The notes below the pieces were generated by a model that did not search any database, was not told the DNA's origin, and saw only the letters and a program-made list of their open reading frames with translations. A DNA stretch of 64,000 nucleotides from Octopus vulgaris (lineage: Eukaryota), in NCBI GenBank assembly GCA_951406725.2, contig OX597817.1, positions 52,018,001-52,082,000 of the forward strand, in the 5' to 3' direction. Shown one piece after another: positions 25,485 to 37,733 of this stretch; the stretch's first letter is position 1; every line of letters starts with the position of its first letter. Both the position numbers and the translations under genes were made by a program.

Positions 25485-25578
25485 TCTCGCGAGACGGATT
25501 CGAACCATCGACCTAAGGATGTCAGACGTTTAAATAGCAAACTACAGTCCTCCGCTCTACCAACTGAGCTATCGCGAG
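25485..25578 (-). tRNA. tRNA-Tyr(GTA) with 21-nt intron
   Basis: Intact exons. Confidence 0.96.
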
Positions 25579-25875
25579 ACACTGAGACGGTGGTTGTCAA
25601 ATAGTTTAGTCATAAGAAATGTGAAGTTAAAAGTACGCTAGCTGTTTGATATTATGAGAGGAGGAGGAGGAGGAGGAGGAGGAGGAGGAGGAGGAGGAGG
25701 AGGAGGAGGAAGAGGAAGAGGAGGAGGACGAGGAAGACCACGAGGGGGGAGGGGAGGGGAGGCAAGTGGTATAAGGGAAGATTTTGAAGGAAGGGGGGAA
25801 TTGTTAGTATGTAAGGAAACGGGGACGGAATATAGCAGTGTTTAGGAAAAACCCGGAAACCTTCACGTCTCTCTT

Positions 25876-25932
<57 letters not shown>

Positions 25933-26007
25933 TTGTCTGTCTATCAGTCAATCTCTGTCTGTTTATCTTCCTCCTCTCTCTCCCTCTCTCTCTCTCTCTC
26001 TGCTCTG

Positions 26008-26041
<34 letters not shown>

Positions 26042-26089
26042 ATACACTCTCTCTCTCCCAGTGTGTTAAAACGGGTAATCTACAATGAA

Positions 26090-26161
26090 GGCCGGTTAGC
26101 TCAGTCGGTTAGAGATCGTGGTAATAACACGAATGTCGTGGGTTCGATCCCCATTTGGCCA
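26090..26161 (+). pseudogene. tRNA-Ile(AAT) pseudogene (last Ile locus in the window)
   Basis: 72 nt; 1-nt deletions at the D-stem junction and in the acceptor stem; C32G. Confidence 0.85.
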
Positions 26162-26562
26162 TATACTTGTATTCATTTTGAGCAGCCATGGTTGTATGTT
26201 TAAGAACTTCGCTTTACAACCACCTGCTTTTGACATTCAATCCCGAAGTGCGTACAATGGCTAAGCGTTACGCACTTAGTATGGAAGGCGGGGATCAAAT
26301 TACGATTTTTTTCTTTGTTTGATATGAAGATTCCCAAAAATAAAAGAGTTATGAGGGGTTATATGGCACGTTTAAAGAAGCATTGCGCCCTTTGGAGAAA
26401 CCAATTCTATTGATTCTCTTCGTTGACAATACCACAATGATTAAAGTTGAAGCCGGCTTTCGTAGAATTGGAACTCAAAGCATAAAGAGAAATAACAAAA
26501 TACTTCTCAACAGTTTAGCTTTTCAGCAAAAAAAGTAAGATAAAAACAAAAGTAACCAGGAA

Positions 26563-26656
26563 TCTCGCGAGACGGATTCGAACCACCGACCTAAGGATGT
26601 CAGACATTTAAATAACAAACTACAGTCCTCCGCTCTACCAACTGAGCTATCGCGAG
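26563..26656 (-). tRNA. tRNA-Tyr(GTA) with 21-nt intron
   Basis: Intact exons; array-type intron. Confidence 0.96.
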
Positions 26657-27076
26657 ACACGGAGACAGTGGCTCTCAGATAGTTTAGTCATAAGAAATGT
26701 GAAGTTAAAACTACGCCAGTTGTTTGATATTATGTGAGCGAGGGAAATAGGGAGGAGGAAGAGGAAGAGAAGGAGGGTCGAGTGGAATAAGGGAAGATTT
26801 AGAGGGGAGGAGGGAATATGTTAGTTTGTAAGACATTTCAGGATATGGAGACGGAGTACGGCAGTGTTTAGGAAAAACTCGGAAACCTTTCTATTCGATC
26901 TATCTGTTTGTCCGTCCGTCTGTCAGTCTATCTCTGTCTATTTATATTCCTGCTCCTCTCTCTTTCTTTCTTTTTGTCCCCCCCCCCTCTCTCTCGTTTT
27001 ATCTAGCCATCTATAACTGTCTGTATACAGGTCTGTATTTATCAATCTGTTTAAATATACAGATAACTCTTTTGAC

Positions 27077-27243
27077 CAGGGCCGGCCCTAAGGATGCCGG
27101 TTGCATGGGCAAGCTGAACTTCAGAGCCCTTACAAGTATAATTTCTTTAAACTTCCGCAGAGAGGAAAACTGAAAATGTAGACTAAAAAGCATATAGCGC
27201 CCCCGGGCGGCTGCCCGAGGTGCCTGTACCTAGAACCGGCCCT
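27077..27243. mobile_element. Short hAT-like MITE
   Basis: Ends CAGGGCCGGC / ACCGGCCCT; related end at ~38320. Confidence 0.55.
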
Positions 27244-28084
27244 TTTGTTTCTGCCGATGTATACAAGTATCTGTCTGTCAATCGTTCCCTGAATGAACAG
27301 GTGTCTATCTGACAGTCTATATATGCAGGTAGTTATGTATATACAGGTATCCGTTCCTTGATCTGTCTTTGTACAGTTGTCTAAAGGATTACCAATCGCT
27401 TATACTTGCAGGCGTCTATCTGTCACCGTGGTCTTTTCCGTAGGCTTTCCTTCCCACGGATAAACCTTATCTGCTTCCCCCTTTACATTTTACATCATGA
27501 CACTGTGATACACGATCCCTATTGATCGTTTTTTTCCCCCCATTGTTTTTTCTTCTTGCCCTTTTACGATCCCTTTTGATCGAAAACCTACCACATCTTT
27601 TTTTTTTCTCTCCCCCAAAAAAGAAAAGCTCTACTTTGTAATCTGTCCCGTCTGTGTGCAGCCCTGTGTGGCTAATAAAGAAACATGTCGGTCAGCTTTT
27701 TTCTCCATGTATATGTCTGTCTGTCTGTCTGTCGGTCTCAGTACACAAGTGTTTTGCCAAACGATTATTCTAACTAACAGTAGCCTTAACTTCACATTTC
27801 GGATCTTTTTAAAACACGCTCCAGCTGTTCTTCTGTTACATCGACTGCGGAATCAAAACATGACTAGAAAAGTTATATCCATGCCATTTGAATTCTGAAC
27901 ATAAAATTTAACGGGATCCGCCTAAGTAAATAATAATAATAATAATAATAAACATTGTGTACAGTGCTCAGGTGCACTACAACTCATCGAAAGTGAATAT
28001 ATAATCAGGTGTAGTTTCTACGGATTTCGGAAGTCATGGGAGCTGTGTTGTTTTCAACACAGTAAGTAAATCATCCTTTCTAAT

Positions 28085-28625
28085 CTAGGCATAAGGCCTG
28101 AAATCTTGGTGGAGGAGGGGACTGGTTGATTACATCGACCCCAATGCTCAATTGGTACCTAATTTATCGACCCTAAAGGATGAAAGGCAAAGTCGACCTC
28201 GGCGGAATTTGAACTCAGAACGTAGTGGCAGACGAAATACCTATTTCTTTATTACCCACAAGGGGCTAAACACAGAGGGGACAAACAAGGACAGACATAG
28301 GTATTAAGTCGATTACATCGACCCCAGTGTGTAACTGGTACTTAATTTATCGACCCCGAAATGATGAAAGGCAAAGTCGACCTCGGCGGAATTTGAACTC
28401 AGAACGTAGTGGCAGACGAAATACCGCTAAGCATTTCTCCTGGCATGCTAACAATTCTTTTCTACTCTGGGCACAAAACCCGAAATTTTGGGGAAGAGAG
28501 CTAGTCGATTAGATCGACCCCAGTACGCAACTGGTACTTGATTTATCGACCCCAGTACGCAACTGGTACTTGATTTATCGACCCCGAAAGGATGAAAGGC
28601 AAAGTCGACTTCGGCGGAATTTTTA
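28085..28625 (-). mobile_element. Nested/tandem SINE family A fragments
   Basis: Three occurrences of GATGAAAGGCAAAGTCGAC..CGGCGGAATTT. Confidence 0.8.
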
Positions 28626-28764
28626 ACTTATTTACAATCTAAAGAAAACACTGTTACAAAGACGCACAGACACACACGTGGTCAGAATAAATATAAGAGG
28701 CAGAGACACAAATATAGTAATTGAATGAACGAACACACCAACATGGATGTTAGAACTCCCACTA

Positions 28765-28812
<48 letters not shown>

Positions 28813-28968
28813 GCTCTCACACGCACGCAAACACAGTCATAGTGAGAGCTACTCCTTCTCTCCATATAGCTCTTCCTTCTCCTCTCCGTGTTTCTCTTCT
28901 CACGCAAGAAATCAGCTGCTGATAATAATTCTTATGACTAAACTATTTTATACAATCAGATTTCGTGT

Positions 28969-29061
28969 CTCGCGATAGCTCAGTTGGTAGAGCGGAGGAC
29001 TGTAGTGTGTCAATTCATGACTGTTATCCTTAGGTCGGTGGTTCGAATCCGTCTCGCGAGA
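28969..29061 (+). tRNA. tRNA-Tyr(GTA) with 20-nt intron TGTGTCAATTCATGACTGTT
   Basis: Intact exons; T-rich terminator downstream. Confidence 0.96.
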
Positions 29062-30099
29062 TCCCGGTTTTCTTTTTTCTGTTTCTTTCTTATTTTATTA
29101 ATGTGTGGGTTGGTTTTACCCCTAACACTCTACATGTTATTATTTATAGCTTTAGGGCTTAACTGGCATAACTGTCAACTCTCCTTCACGTTCTGAGTTC
29201 AAATTCCGCCAAGGTCGACTTTGCCTTTCATCTTTTCGGGGTTGATAAAATAAGTACTAGTTGGCACTAGCGTCAATGTAATCGACTTACTCCTCCATCC
29301 CCTGAAATCGCTGGCCTTGTCCCAAAATTCGAAACCATTATAGCTTTATCTACTTCGAGTTCCACCGTTTAAACGATTTAGTTCATCTCTCAAAACATTT
29401 ATGAAATCTGTGTGTGTGTGTGAAACCAAAACGATTGCAGTGTGGAAGAGACTTATATATACAGGCTGTCCTAAATATGAATGCACACCTTAACAGCTGA
29501 TAGCTCCTTAATTCTTATTTCTTTATAGATTTAACCCATCAGAGAAAACTTCACTAAGCTCTAACCAAAGAAAATTTATCCTAAAGTGCAACTGATGTTG
29601 GTGTGCTTACGTCCCCGCAACTTACCGTTTCCGCAAAAGAGAATGCTAGAATAAGTACCGGTTAAAACATTAAAAAAAGTACCAAAAATTCCTTAAGGTG
29701 GTGCTCCAACATGACCACAGTTTAAAGGCTGAATCAAATAAAAGATGAAAGATACAAAGATAATATTCTTTGAATTTCTGCTGATTTACCAACGGATTTT
29801 CACGAAAAATCAGGTCTTTCTTTTATATTCTCTTATTCTCTTATATGTTTCAGTCCAATCACTGTGGCCATACTGGAGCACCGGAAAGAAAAAAAAATTT
29901 GAAGGCTTGTAACATCTTTATTAGTGATTTCTAAGGACAAAATGGAAGTGATTTTCGTCATCATCATGCGCAATTACATCAAAATTACATCTTTTGAAAA
30001 TATCAGGTGAAAATTTGAAAAACTTCAAGGGATTGAAAGAAATTCTAAAATATTTTCTTTCAATTTTGTATTATTGTCGAAACTGTATGGAAGCCTGTC

Positions 30100-30141
<42 letters not shown>

Positions 30142-30346
30142 CGTCCCACCACCGATTGACAACCACAGTTGGTTTGTTTACATCCCCGTAACTTGGTGAT
30201 TCGGCAAAAAACTGATAAAACGGCACCACACTTAAAAAATTGTAGAGTGAGTTTACCCGACTGAACTCTCTTAAGGTGTTCCAGCATGGTCGCAGTCCAA
30301 TGACCGAAACGCGTAAAAGATACCTTTATAAAAAAAAAAACACGAA

Positions 30347-30410
30347 TCTCGCGAGAGAAATTCGAACCACCGACCAACAGATGACAGACATGAATTATAC
30401 TGCAGTCTTC
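30347..30410 (-). pseudogene. Truncated tRNA-Tyr pseudogene (3' exon, intron, part of anticodon arm)
   Basis: tctcgcgagagaaattcgaaccaccgacc...gacagacatga...ctgcagtcttc. Confidence 0.8.
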
Positions 30411-30504
30411 TATACGTCTAAAATAATCTTATTGGTGAAAAATAATTAAACATTAACCTAATTTTCTCCTATATTGACTCTAAATAGTCAAAAAAGAAAT
30501 GGAA

Positions 30505-30597
30505 TCTCGCGAGACGGATTCGAACCACCGACCTAAGGATAACAGACATGATATAACACACTACAGTCCTCCGCTCTACCAACTGAGCTATCGCGAG
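30505..30597 (-). tRNA. tRNA-Tyr(GTA) with 20-nt intron TGTGTTATATCATGTCTGTT
   Basis: Intact exons. Confidence 0.96.
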
Positions 30598-30943
30598 GCA
30601 CACGAAATATACTACCTAAATAGTGTAGTCATAAAGAAACGTGAAGCTAACGCGTCAGCTGATTCATAATTGTGAGAGAGTAGCAACAAGGAGGAGGAGA
30701 AGGAAGAGGTAAGGTTATATATAACGCTGTGTGTGAATATAATAGAAGAAGGATTGGGAGGGTAAGCTTATACAGCTCCGGCTTTACAGGCGTGTGTCTG
30801 TGTGTGTGCATATCTAACTATGCGCATGCGTATGTGTGTGTATGCGTTTGTATCTAAATGGATATTTATGTGCTGGTGTGTATCTGTCCACGAGTATATG
30901 TATGTGTGTGCGTAATTATTTGTATATATATATATGTATATAT

Positions 30944-31170
30944 AAGGCGGCGAGCTGGCAGAAACGTTAGCACGCCGGGCGAAATACGTAGCCGTATTTT
31001 GTCTGCCGTTACGTTCTGGGTTCAAATTCTGCCGAGGTCGACTTTGCCTTTCATCCTTTCGGGGTCGATTAAATAAAGTACCACTGGGGTCGATATAATC
31101 GACTTAATCCGTTTGACTGTCCTTGTTTGCCCTCTCTGTGTTTAACCCCTTGTTGGTAGTAAAGAAATAT
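30944..31170 (+). mobile_element. SINE family A, full-length, in TA/TG microsatellite
   Basis: Head AAGGCGGCGAGCTGG, tail GTAGTAAAGAAATA. Confidence 0.88.
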
Positions 31171-31334
31171 ATATGTATGTGTGTGCGTAATCATTTGTAT
31201 ATCTGCATCCATGTGCGAACCTTTACATACGTACGTGTGTGCGCGCGAGTATGTGTGTGTGTGTGCGCGCGTATGTGTGTGTGTGCGCGTATGTGTGAGT
31301 GTGTTCATTTGCGCCAGGGCAACGATAATACAAA

Positions 31335-33256
31335 GTTAATATAGGGCGTAACAAATATCAGAAAATCAAAAAAAAAATGTGTGTAATAGGTGTAAAACAA
31401 CTTCCTATGAACGAATATGAAAAAAAAATTCGCGCACGCGAAAGGGGGGTGGGGGAGAGGCCTCGGAAAATTCACATCGGGAAGTTCCGAAAGCGTCTGA
31501 GGGGCTGACCCGGGCACCAAAACAAAAAAAAATAGTGTAATATGTGTAAAACAACTTGCTCTAAACGAATATGAAAAAAAAATGCGCTCTCGAGAAAGAG
31601 GGGTGGGGGAGAGGCCTCGGAATATTTATATCGGGAATTTCCGAAAGCGTCTGAACCGGGCACAAAAACAAAAACAAAAACAGCGTAATAGGTGTAAAAC
31701 AACTTGCTCTAAACGACTATCATGAAAAAAATGCGCGCTCGCGAAAGGGGGTGGGGGAGAGGCTTCGGAAATTTCACATCTTCAGTCCACGGCCTTTAAA
31801 CTAAGAAAAATAGTGTAATTGGTGTAAAACTACTTGTTCTAAACGAGTATCAAGAACACACACTCACACATGAATCATAAACTCCGTATTTCGCAAAAAA
31901 AAAAAATAAAGAGAAGAAATTCTGGAAAAAGTGAAGAAATGTTGGATCTCCGCCATGTGAATCAAAATACGTGTCAGAAACATCTTGAAATACTACAGAA
32001 ATTATGTTACGAAAATGATAATGTATACATACCTCTTTGAGTGGTCCATCGATAATGATGATAAAGAAATGAGTTGGATTTGAACTCAGAATATTGACTA
32101 ACACAACTACATACTACAAGACTCAAAATATTCAGCCAAGTCACCACCCTTTAACTAGCAATAATAATAACATCAATAACATAACAGCCAAAAGATTTAT
32201 TTGTTCTGAAAATAACAATCATAGTAAATAAATATGTTCTTTAATATTCACATTCATGTGCACAGTTAAACACACTTACATACAAACAGTCACGCATGCA
32301 TAATACAGAACGGAACACATAAATGAAGGATGCATTACTTAGTATATATTACATCTAGAGAATTTTGATTAATAAGTCAAATATGCAAATTATAAAGATA
32401 ATTAATTGCTTTACTAAACAGTGTTGTAAAGGTGAAAAAATAAATTTGGGAAAAAAATACACGCCAAAACTAATTAATAAAGGATAATTAGGGAAGGATT
32501 GACACAAAATAATAATTTTTTCTGTCTCTTTTTTTCTGATAAATGCATCTTAATAAGTGAGAAGAATTGCATATATCTGAACTATTTCAAAGAAAAGCAT
32601 AAATTTAATGTTTAAAATAGCTTTAACCAAGGAATGAGATCCAACATTTCTTCACTTTTTCCAGAATTTCTTCTCTTTATTTTTTTTTTTTTGCGAAATA
32701 CGGAGTTTATGATTCATGTGTGAGTGTGTGTTCTTGATACTCGTTTAGAACAAGTAGTTTTACACCAATTACACTATTTTTTCTTAGTTTAAAGGCCGTG
32801 GACTGAAGATGTGAAATTTCCGAAGCCTCTCCCCCACCCCCCTTTCGCGAGCGCGCATTTTTTTCATGATAGTCGTTTAGAGCAAGTTGTTTTACACCTA
32901 TTACGCTGTTTTTGTTTTTGTTTTTGTGCCCGGTTCAGACGCTTTCGGAAATTCCCGATATAAATATTCCGAGGCCTCTCCCCCACCCCTCTTTCTCGAG
33001 AGCGCATTTTTTTTTCATATTCGTTTAGAGCAAGTTGTTTTACACATATTACACTATTTTTTTTTTTGTTTTGGTGCCCGGGTCAGCCCCTCAGACGCTT
33101 TCGGAACTTCCCGATGTGAATTTTCCGAGGCCTCTCCCCCACCCCCTTTCGCGTGCGCGAATTTTTTTTTTCATATTCGTTCATAGGAAGTTGTTTTACA
33201 CCTATTACACACATTTTTTTTTTGATTTTCTGATATTTGTTACGCCCTATATTAAC
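31335..33256. mobile_element. Foldback-type element: ~620-bp near-perfect inverted arms with internal tandem subrepeats and 685-bp AT-rich loop
   Basis: 31335-31950 is reverse complement of 32636-33256, differing mainly in homopolymer lengths; subrepeat GTAATAGGTGTAAAACAACTT at ~31383, 31537, 31685, 31815. Confidence 0.92.
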
Positions 33257-33659
33257 CACATATCCTTTGTGCCTTTGTATGTATTGATGTGTGTGTTTCT
33301 TTATGTGTGTGTTTATGTACGCATATGAGTGCGCGCGCGCACATATGTGCGTGTGTTCGTCAGTGATCGTCAGTGTTCGTCGGTGTTCGTCGGGAAACAG
33401 ACTTCACTCGGTCATTATTTGATGTACCCGCCTTCATGGTCCCCTTTTGTCTTTCGGGGTTGATAAATTAAGTACGATTTGAACACTGGTGTCGATGTAA
33501 TTGACTCATCAACTGCCCGTAATTTTCAAACTTCGTCCCTATGGTAGAGAGGGATTATTTGATGTATCATAATGGATGTATGGCGTGACTCTGTTGAAAG
33601 AAGCTTGATTCCCAATCACATGGCTCCGGGTTCAGTCCCACTGTGTGGTACCTTGGGCA

Positions 33660-33805
33660 AGCGCCATCTGGGATGCCATATGCTGTGACACCTCCAGCAG
33701 CAATTTCTCGTCAGACTGAGAAAAGCAAGCTGTCTAAATATCGGTCGCTCTCCGACAGGTATGGTCGAGGCTGTGGTAGTAGAGACATCCAGTGTTCTTT
33801 GGCCC
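33660..33805 (+). pseudogene. Fragment of CRE-like non-LTR retrotransposon endonuclease region
   Basis: Frameshifted AIWDAICCDT...EKSKLSKYRSLSDRY...AVVVET, colinear with 50428-51069. Confidence 0.6.
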
Positions 33806-34407
33806 CAGGGCAGTCGCTAAGCCCCTGGAACCCCTGCGGTCACAGGGAGCCTCCGCGGTTGAGGGGCCCCATGTTAAGATCAGAGTACATAGAGGAGTCA
33901 TCTATTTACTTTGGTTAAGATGTTGAACAAGAATTAAACTATGCTAACTGAAAATTTCAAGAAATAAAACGGTAATATATTGTACCAGCCAAAGTTCTTG
34001 TAAAAATATTACATTGAATCACGAACGTGCACCAGACTTTGTGGATTGTCTATGATATCTATTGAACACGAACTTGGCTCTCAGCTTGATTATTCTGAAC
34101 TGATCGATAATTTCACAAAGCGAAAAGTGCACCATGTTTGTCTTTGAAAGCTGCCTGAATTATAAAAGTGCTCTTTTACTCATATCTGGAAGTTTTACTT
34201 ATTGAAATTTGTAATAGACCTAAAGAAATTTAACTTATTGTATTTTTAGAAATGTTCTTTAGAATAACGTGAAACATTGAACTTCAGAGAGAATAAAGTA
34301 AAACATAGCTATGAATAAAAGGTGTGTAGATTATGAATTTTGATGGAAGGAATGGGACCTCGAAACAAAATGTTGCAGAGAGCCTCTAAAAGTCACGCGA
34401 CGAGCTG
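33806..34407 (+). mobile_element. Non-autonomous hAT derivative
   Basis: CAGGGCAGTCG ... CGACGAGCTG ends; degenerate 8-bp TSD TTTGGCCC/CTTAGCCC; paralogue of 55654-56868. Confidence 0.8.
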
Positions 34408-34762
34408 CTTAGCCCCCGGATCATATATCTCTGCGCACCGCTATCGGGATGGTGGCTGTAAGCAAAGCTGTTTCAGGCCTTTTCCATTTTGTCTGCTGGG
34501 TCAACGTTTAACTGCAGATCTCATGAAAAAGGTTATATCATATTCATGATAATAAAATATTTCATTACTAGCGAACAAGGAACGGTCAAGTGACTCTGAA
34601 TTCAAATACAAGACTCATAAAAAAATAAATAGGACAGTGCATAATACAAACCCCTTAATACATTATCTAAATAAAAAGATTAGATGGTCACGGTTGAAAA
34701 GCCTTTGATTGTTGGTATGCATGGTCATTCAAAGCATAAGTATTTTAGAAAAAAAAATGAAA

Positions 34763-34857
34763 TCTCGCGAGACGGATTCGAACCATCGACCTAAGGATTA
34801 CAGCTATATATAATTTCACACTACAGTCCTCCGCTCTACCAACTGAGCTATCGCGAG
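34763..34857 (-). tRNA. tRNA-Tyr(GTA) with 22-nt intron TGTGAAATTATATATAGCTGTA
   Basis: Intact exons; T10 terminator on - strand. Confidence 0.96.
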
Positions 34858-35199
34858 ACACTCTACTCAAGCTGAAATGTAAAATAGATTAGCCATAAGA
34901 AATGTAAAGTAAAAGTACTTGAGTGATAGATGAGGGAGGAGGAGGTAACAATCAAGAAGGAGATGGAGGGGGAAAAGAGGAGGAGGAGAAAAAGGAGATG
35001 GGAGGGGAATGTCTCATTGTATTCTTTCATTCTTTAACTTGTTTCAGACATTTGACTGCGCCCATACTGGAGTACTACCTTAAAGGGCTTTTCAGTCGAA
35101 AAAAATCAACCCCCAGAACTTATTATTTGGAAGCCTAATACTTATTCTATTTATTCCTCTTTTGTCCAACCGCTAAGTTACAGGAATGTAAGCATACCA

Positions 35200-35355
35200 A
35201 CATTATCATCATTGGTGTTATCATCATCACCACCACCACCACCACCATCATCATCATCAACACCACCACCACCATCATCACCACCACCACAATCATCATC
35301 ATCACACCATGATCATCATCACACCATGATTATCATCATCATCATCATCAACAAT
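35200..35355. repeat. (CAT)n/(CAC)n compound microsatellite
   Basis: Direct reading. Confidence 0.9.
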
Positions 35356-35459
35356 AACATAATTTTATAAGAGAAAAAATGACATTCGAGATGTCTGCTT
35401 TGTAGGGTAATACCGAAAATGTGTCGGGGTTTTTTTTTAAGGTTTATTCCTTTAAATCT

Positions 35460-36000
35460 TATTTCTTTATTGCCCGCAAGGGGACAAACATAAAGGGGAC
35501 AAACAAGAACAGACAAACGGATTAAGTCGATTATATCGACCCCAGTGCGTAACTGGTACTTAATTTATCGACCCCGAAAGGCTGAAAGACAAAGTCGACC
35601 TCGGCGGAATTTGAACACAGAACGTAGCGGCAGACGAAATACCTATTTCTTTACTACCCACAAGGAGCTACACACAGAGAGGACAAACAAGGACAGACAA
35701 ACGGATTAAAGGCAAAGTCGACCTCGGCGAAATTTGAACACAGAACGTAACGGCAGACGAAATACCTGTTTCTTTACTACCCACAAGGGGGTAAACACAG
35801 TGAGGACAAACAAGGACAGACAAACAGATTAAGTCGATTATATCGACCCCAGTGCGTAACTGGCACTTATTTAATCGACCCCGAAAGGATGAAAGGCAAA
35901 GTCGACCTCGGCGGAATTTGAACTCGGAACGTAACGGCAGACGAAAAACCGCTAAGCATTTCGCCCGCCGTGCTAACGATTTCGCCAATTTGCCGCCTTA
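35460..36000 (-). mobile_element. Multimeric SINE family A
   Basis: One head at the right end plus three body/tail units. Confidence 0.85.
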
Positions 36001-36149
36001 CTCATTATGTTTACTTATGTCTCCCAAGGGATAGTTTCCATTGCATATGAATGACCGAGATCACAGCATTCCCCTTGAAGGGATGCCGGTCCGTTGCAGG
36101 GCACAAGGCTAGTGATGTTTGAGAGAAGGCAAGTCGATTACATCGATCC

Positions 36150-36458
36150 GGTACTACTAGCGAATAGTGGTCCCGGTGCGAGCACTCGCGCATCTGCGCT
36201 CGCTAGTCGTAAGTAGTCGATCCTACAACGACTTTTGAACCCTAAACCTAACCCTAGTTTGTTTATAAAAATAATTTATTTACTTAGTTTAAAAAATTGT
36301 TTACTTTGTTCGAAAAATATTATTTAATTTTCTTTGATATGTATTTAGCCTTGAAATACAAAAACATACGCGCAAATCGTTGTAGGATCGACTACTTATG
36401 ACTAGCTAGCGCGGATGCGCGAGTGCGCTCACCGGGACCACTGTTCGCTAGTGGTACC
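36150..36458. mobile_element. GGTACT-terminal MITE (Merlin-like termini)
   Basis: ~80-bp TIRs; perfect 9-bp TSD CATCGATCC at 36141-36149 and 36459-36467. Confidence 0.92.
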
Positions 36459-36893
36459 CATCGATCCCAATTATATCGATTCCAATGATTCCAACTCGCT
36501 GTTTTCCGTTTACGTTTAACCAGGCCTAATTTTAAAGGGACATAACTCCTGTTAAATCCTAAAACATTGACCGACGTTCAGATAATTAATAATGGTTTGT
36601 TAGCAACGACGTAAAAACTTTGAGGATACGGCTTTAATAAAACACATTGTTTTGACGAAAGTACTGAATAACAAGCGATTCGAATACTGATTATCGAATT
36701 ATGATTGATTGATCAAACGTAAATCCCTCTGTTTTCAGTGGATAAATATTGTGAAGTGTAATTTACGCTAAATGTAAATGCATTCGCGCTGTTTATTTCT
36801 CACACGGAACTTGTTTACGAAGTATTACAACAAAACAGATTTATGACTGACGGATAGCAACACTATGTTAAATGTTAATACCACCTACAGGTT

Positions 36894-36986
36894 CTCGCGA
36901 TAGCTCAGTTGGTAGAGCGGAGGACTGTAGTGGTGATCTTCTTAACTGTTATCCTTAGGTCGATGGTTCGAATCCGTCTCGCGAGA
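36894..36986 (+). tRNA. tRNA-Tyr(GTA) with 20-nt intron TGGTGATCTTCTTAACTGTT
   Basis: Intact exons; T10 terminator. Confidence 0.96.
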
Positions 36987-37508
36987 TTCCTATTTTTTTT
37001 TTATTTGTTTGAAATATCTTTCACTCATTTGTTTGTATCTTCTGTTTATATATCGTTTGTCTTTTTCCTTATTTTTTTTTCTTTTTACTTTCAGTCACTG
37101 AACCGCGGCTTGTCTTTTAATCGAACAGATCTACATTTTTTAAGTGTGACTGGTACTTAATTTTGAATGTGTCAAACATAGAAAGGTGGCAACTTGTCGT
37201 ATCTAAATTGAAGTGGTGGGGATACTTCATCTCATTTTTTCCAAACAGTTCTACTAATCTCCTCAGCGTAAAATCTAAGCTCGTGTATATGTGGATGTGT
37301 GTATTACCACACTCAACGCGCGTGTATTCATACAAATAAATGTAACTTAGTCAATGATGTTATCGATTTTGCTAACTTTTGTTAGTAAGCAATAGTGTGT
37401 GTGCACGTGTGCGTGTACAACGAAGTTTTGGAGGGAAATATGAGTAGAAAAATCGAATTTGTCCAACTGACGTAGCTTCTGAGAAAGTTCCATTTTTATA
37501 GATTTTAG

Positions 37509-37733
37509 GGATCTTTTCATTTTCGAAGCCAATTTTTTCAAATTTTTCCTACTGAACCAAACAATTTGAAACTTCGTATACTGGTAGAATGTGTCAAAAG
37601 TAAACTTAATTGTAAACCAGAATGAAAACGGAATTGTAACTTCTAAGTTTAACATTGTTTAATAATTAGAATTTTAACCAATAGTATTCGGTCTTTCGGC
37701 TTGATATCAATTACTCCGAAAATGAAAAGATCC
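37509..37733. mobile_element. 225-bp GGATCTTTTC-terminal MITE
   Basis: TIR GGATCTTTTCATTTTCG; body matches 1515-1710; flanked by a 40-bp perfect direct repeat. Confidence 0.9.

Larger units (their letters stand above)
1..26700. repeat. Rearranged tandem array of convergent tRNA-Ile(AAT)/tRNA-Tyr(GTA) cassettes with SINE-derived and polypurine/microsatellite spacers
   Basis: Recurrent order: decayed SINE, AATAAGGACGTCAATGTCAAAA, Ile(+), decayed CORE-type SINE, Tyr(-), AAATAGTTTAGTCATAAG, GA-rich tract, (TCTA)n/(TC)n. Seen about 11 times; array is open at the left window edge. Confidence 0.95.

Noticed and set aside
30395-30410. Apparent GCA (Cys) anticodon in Tyr remnant
   Set aside because: Locus lacks the D arm and 5' stem and has a damaged T stem; cannot be a functional anticodon-switched tRNA
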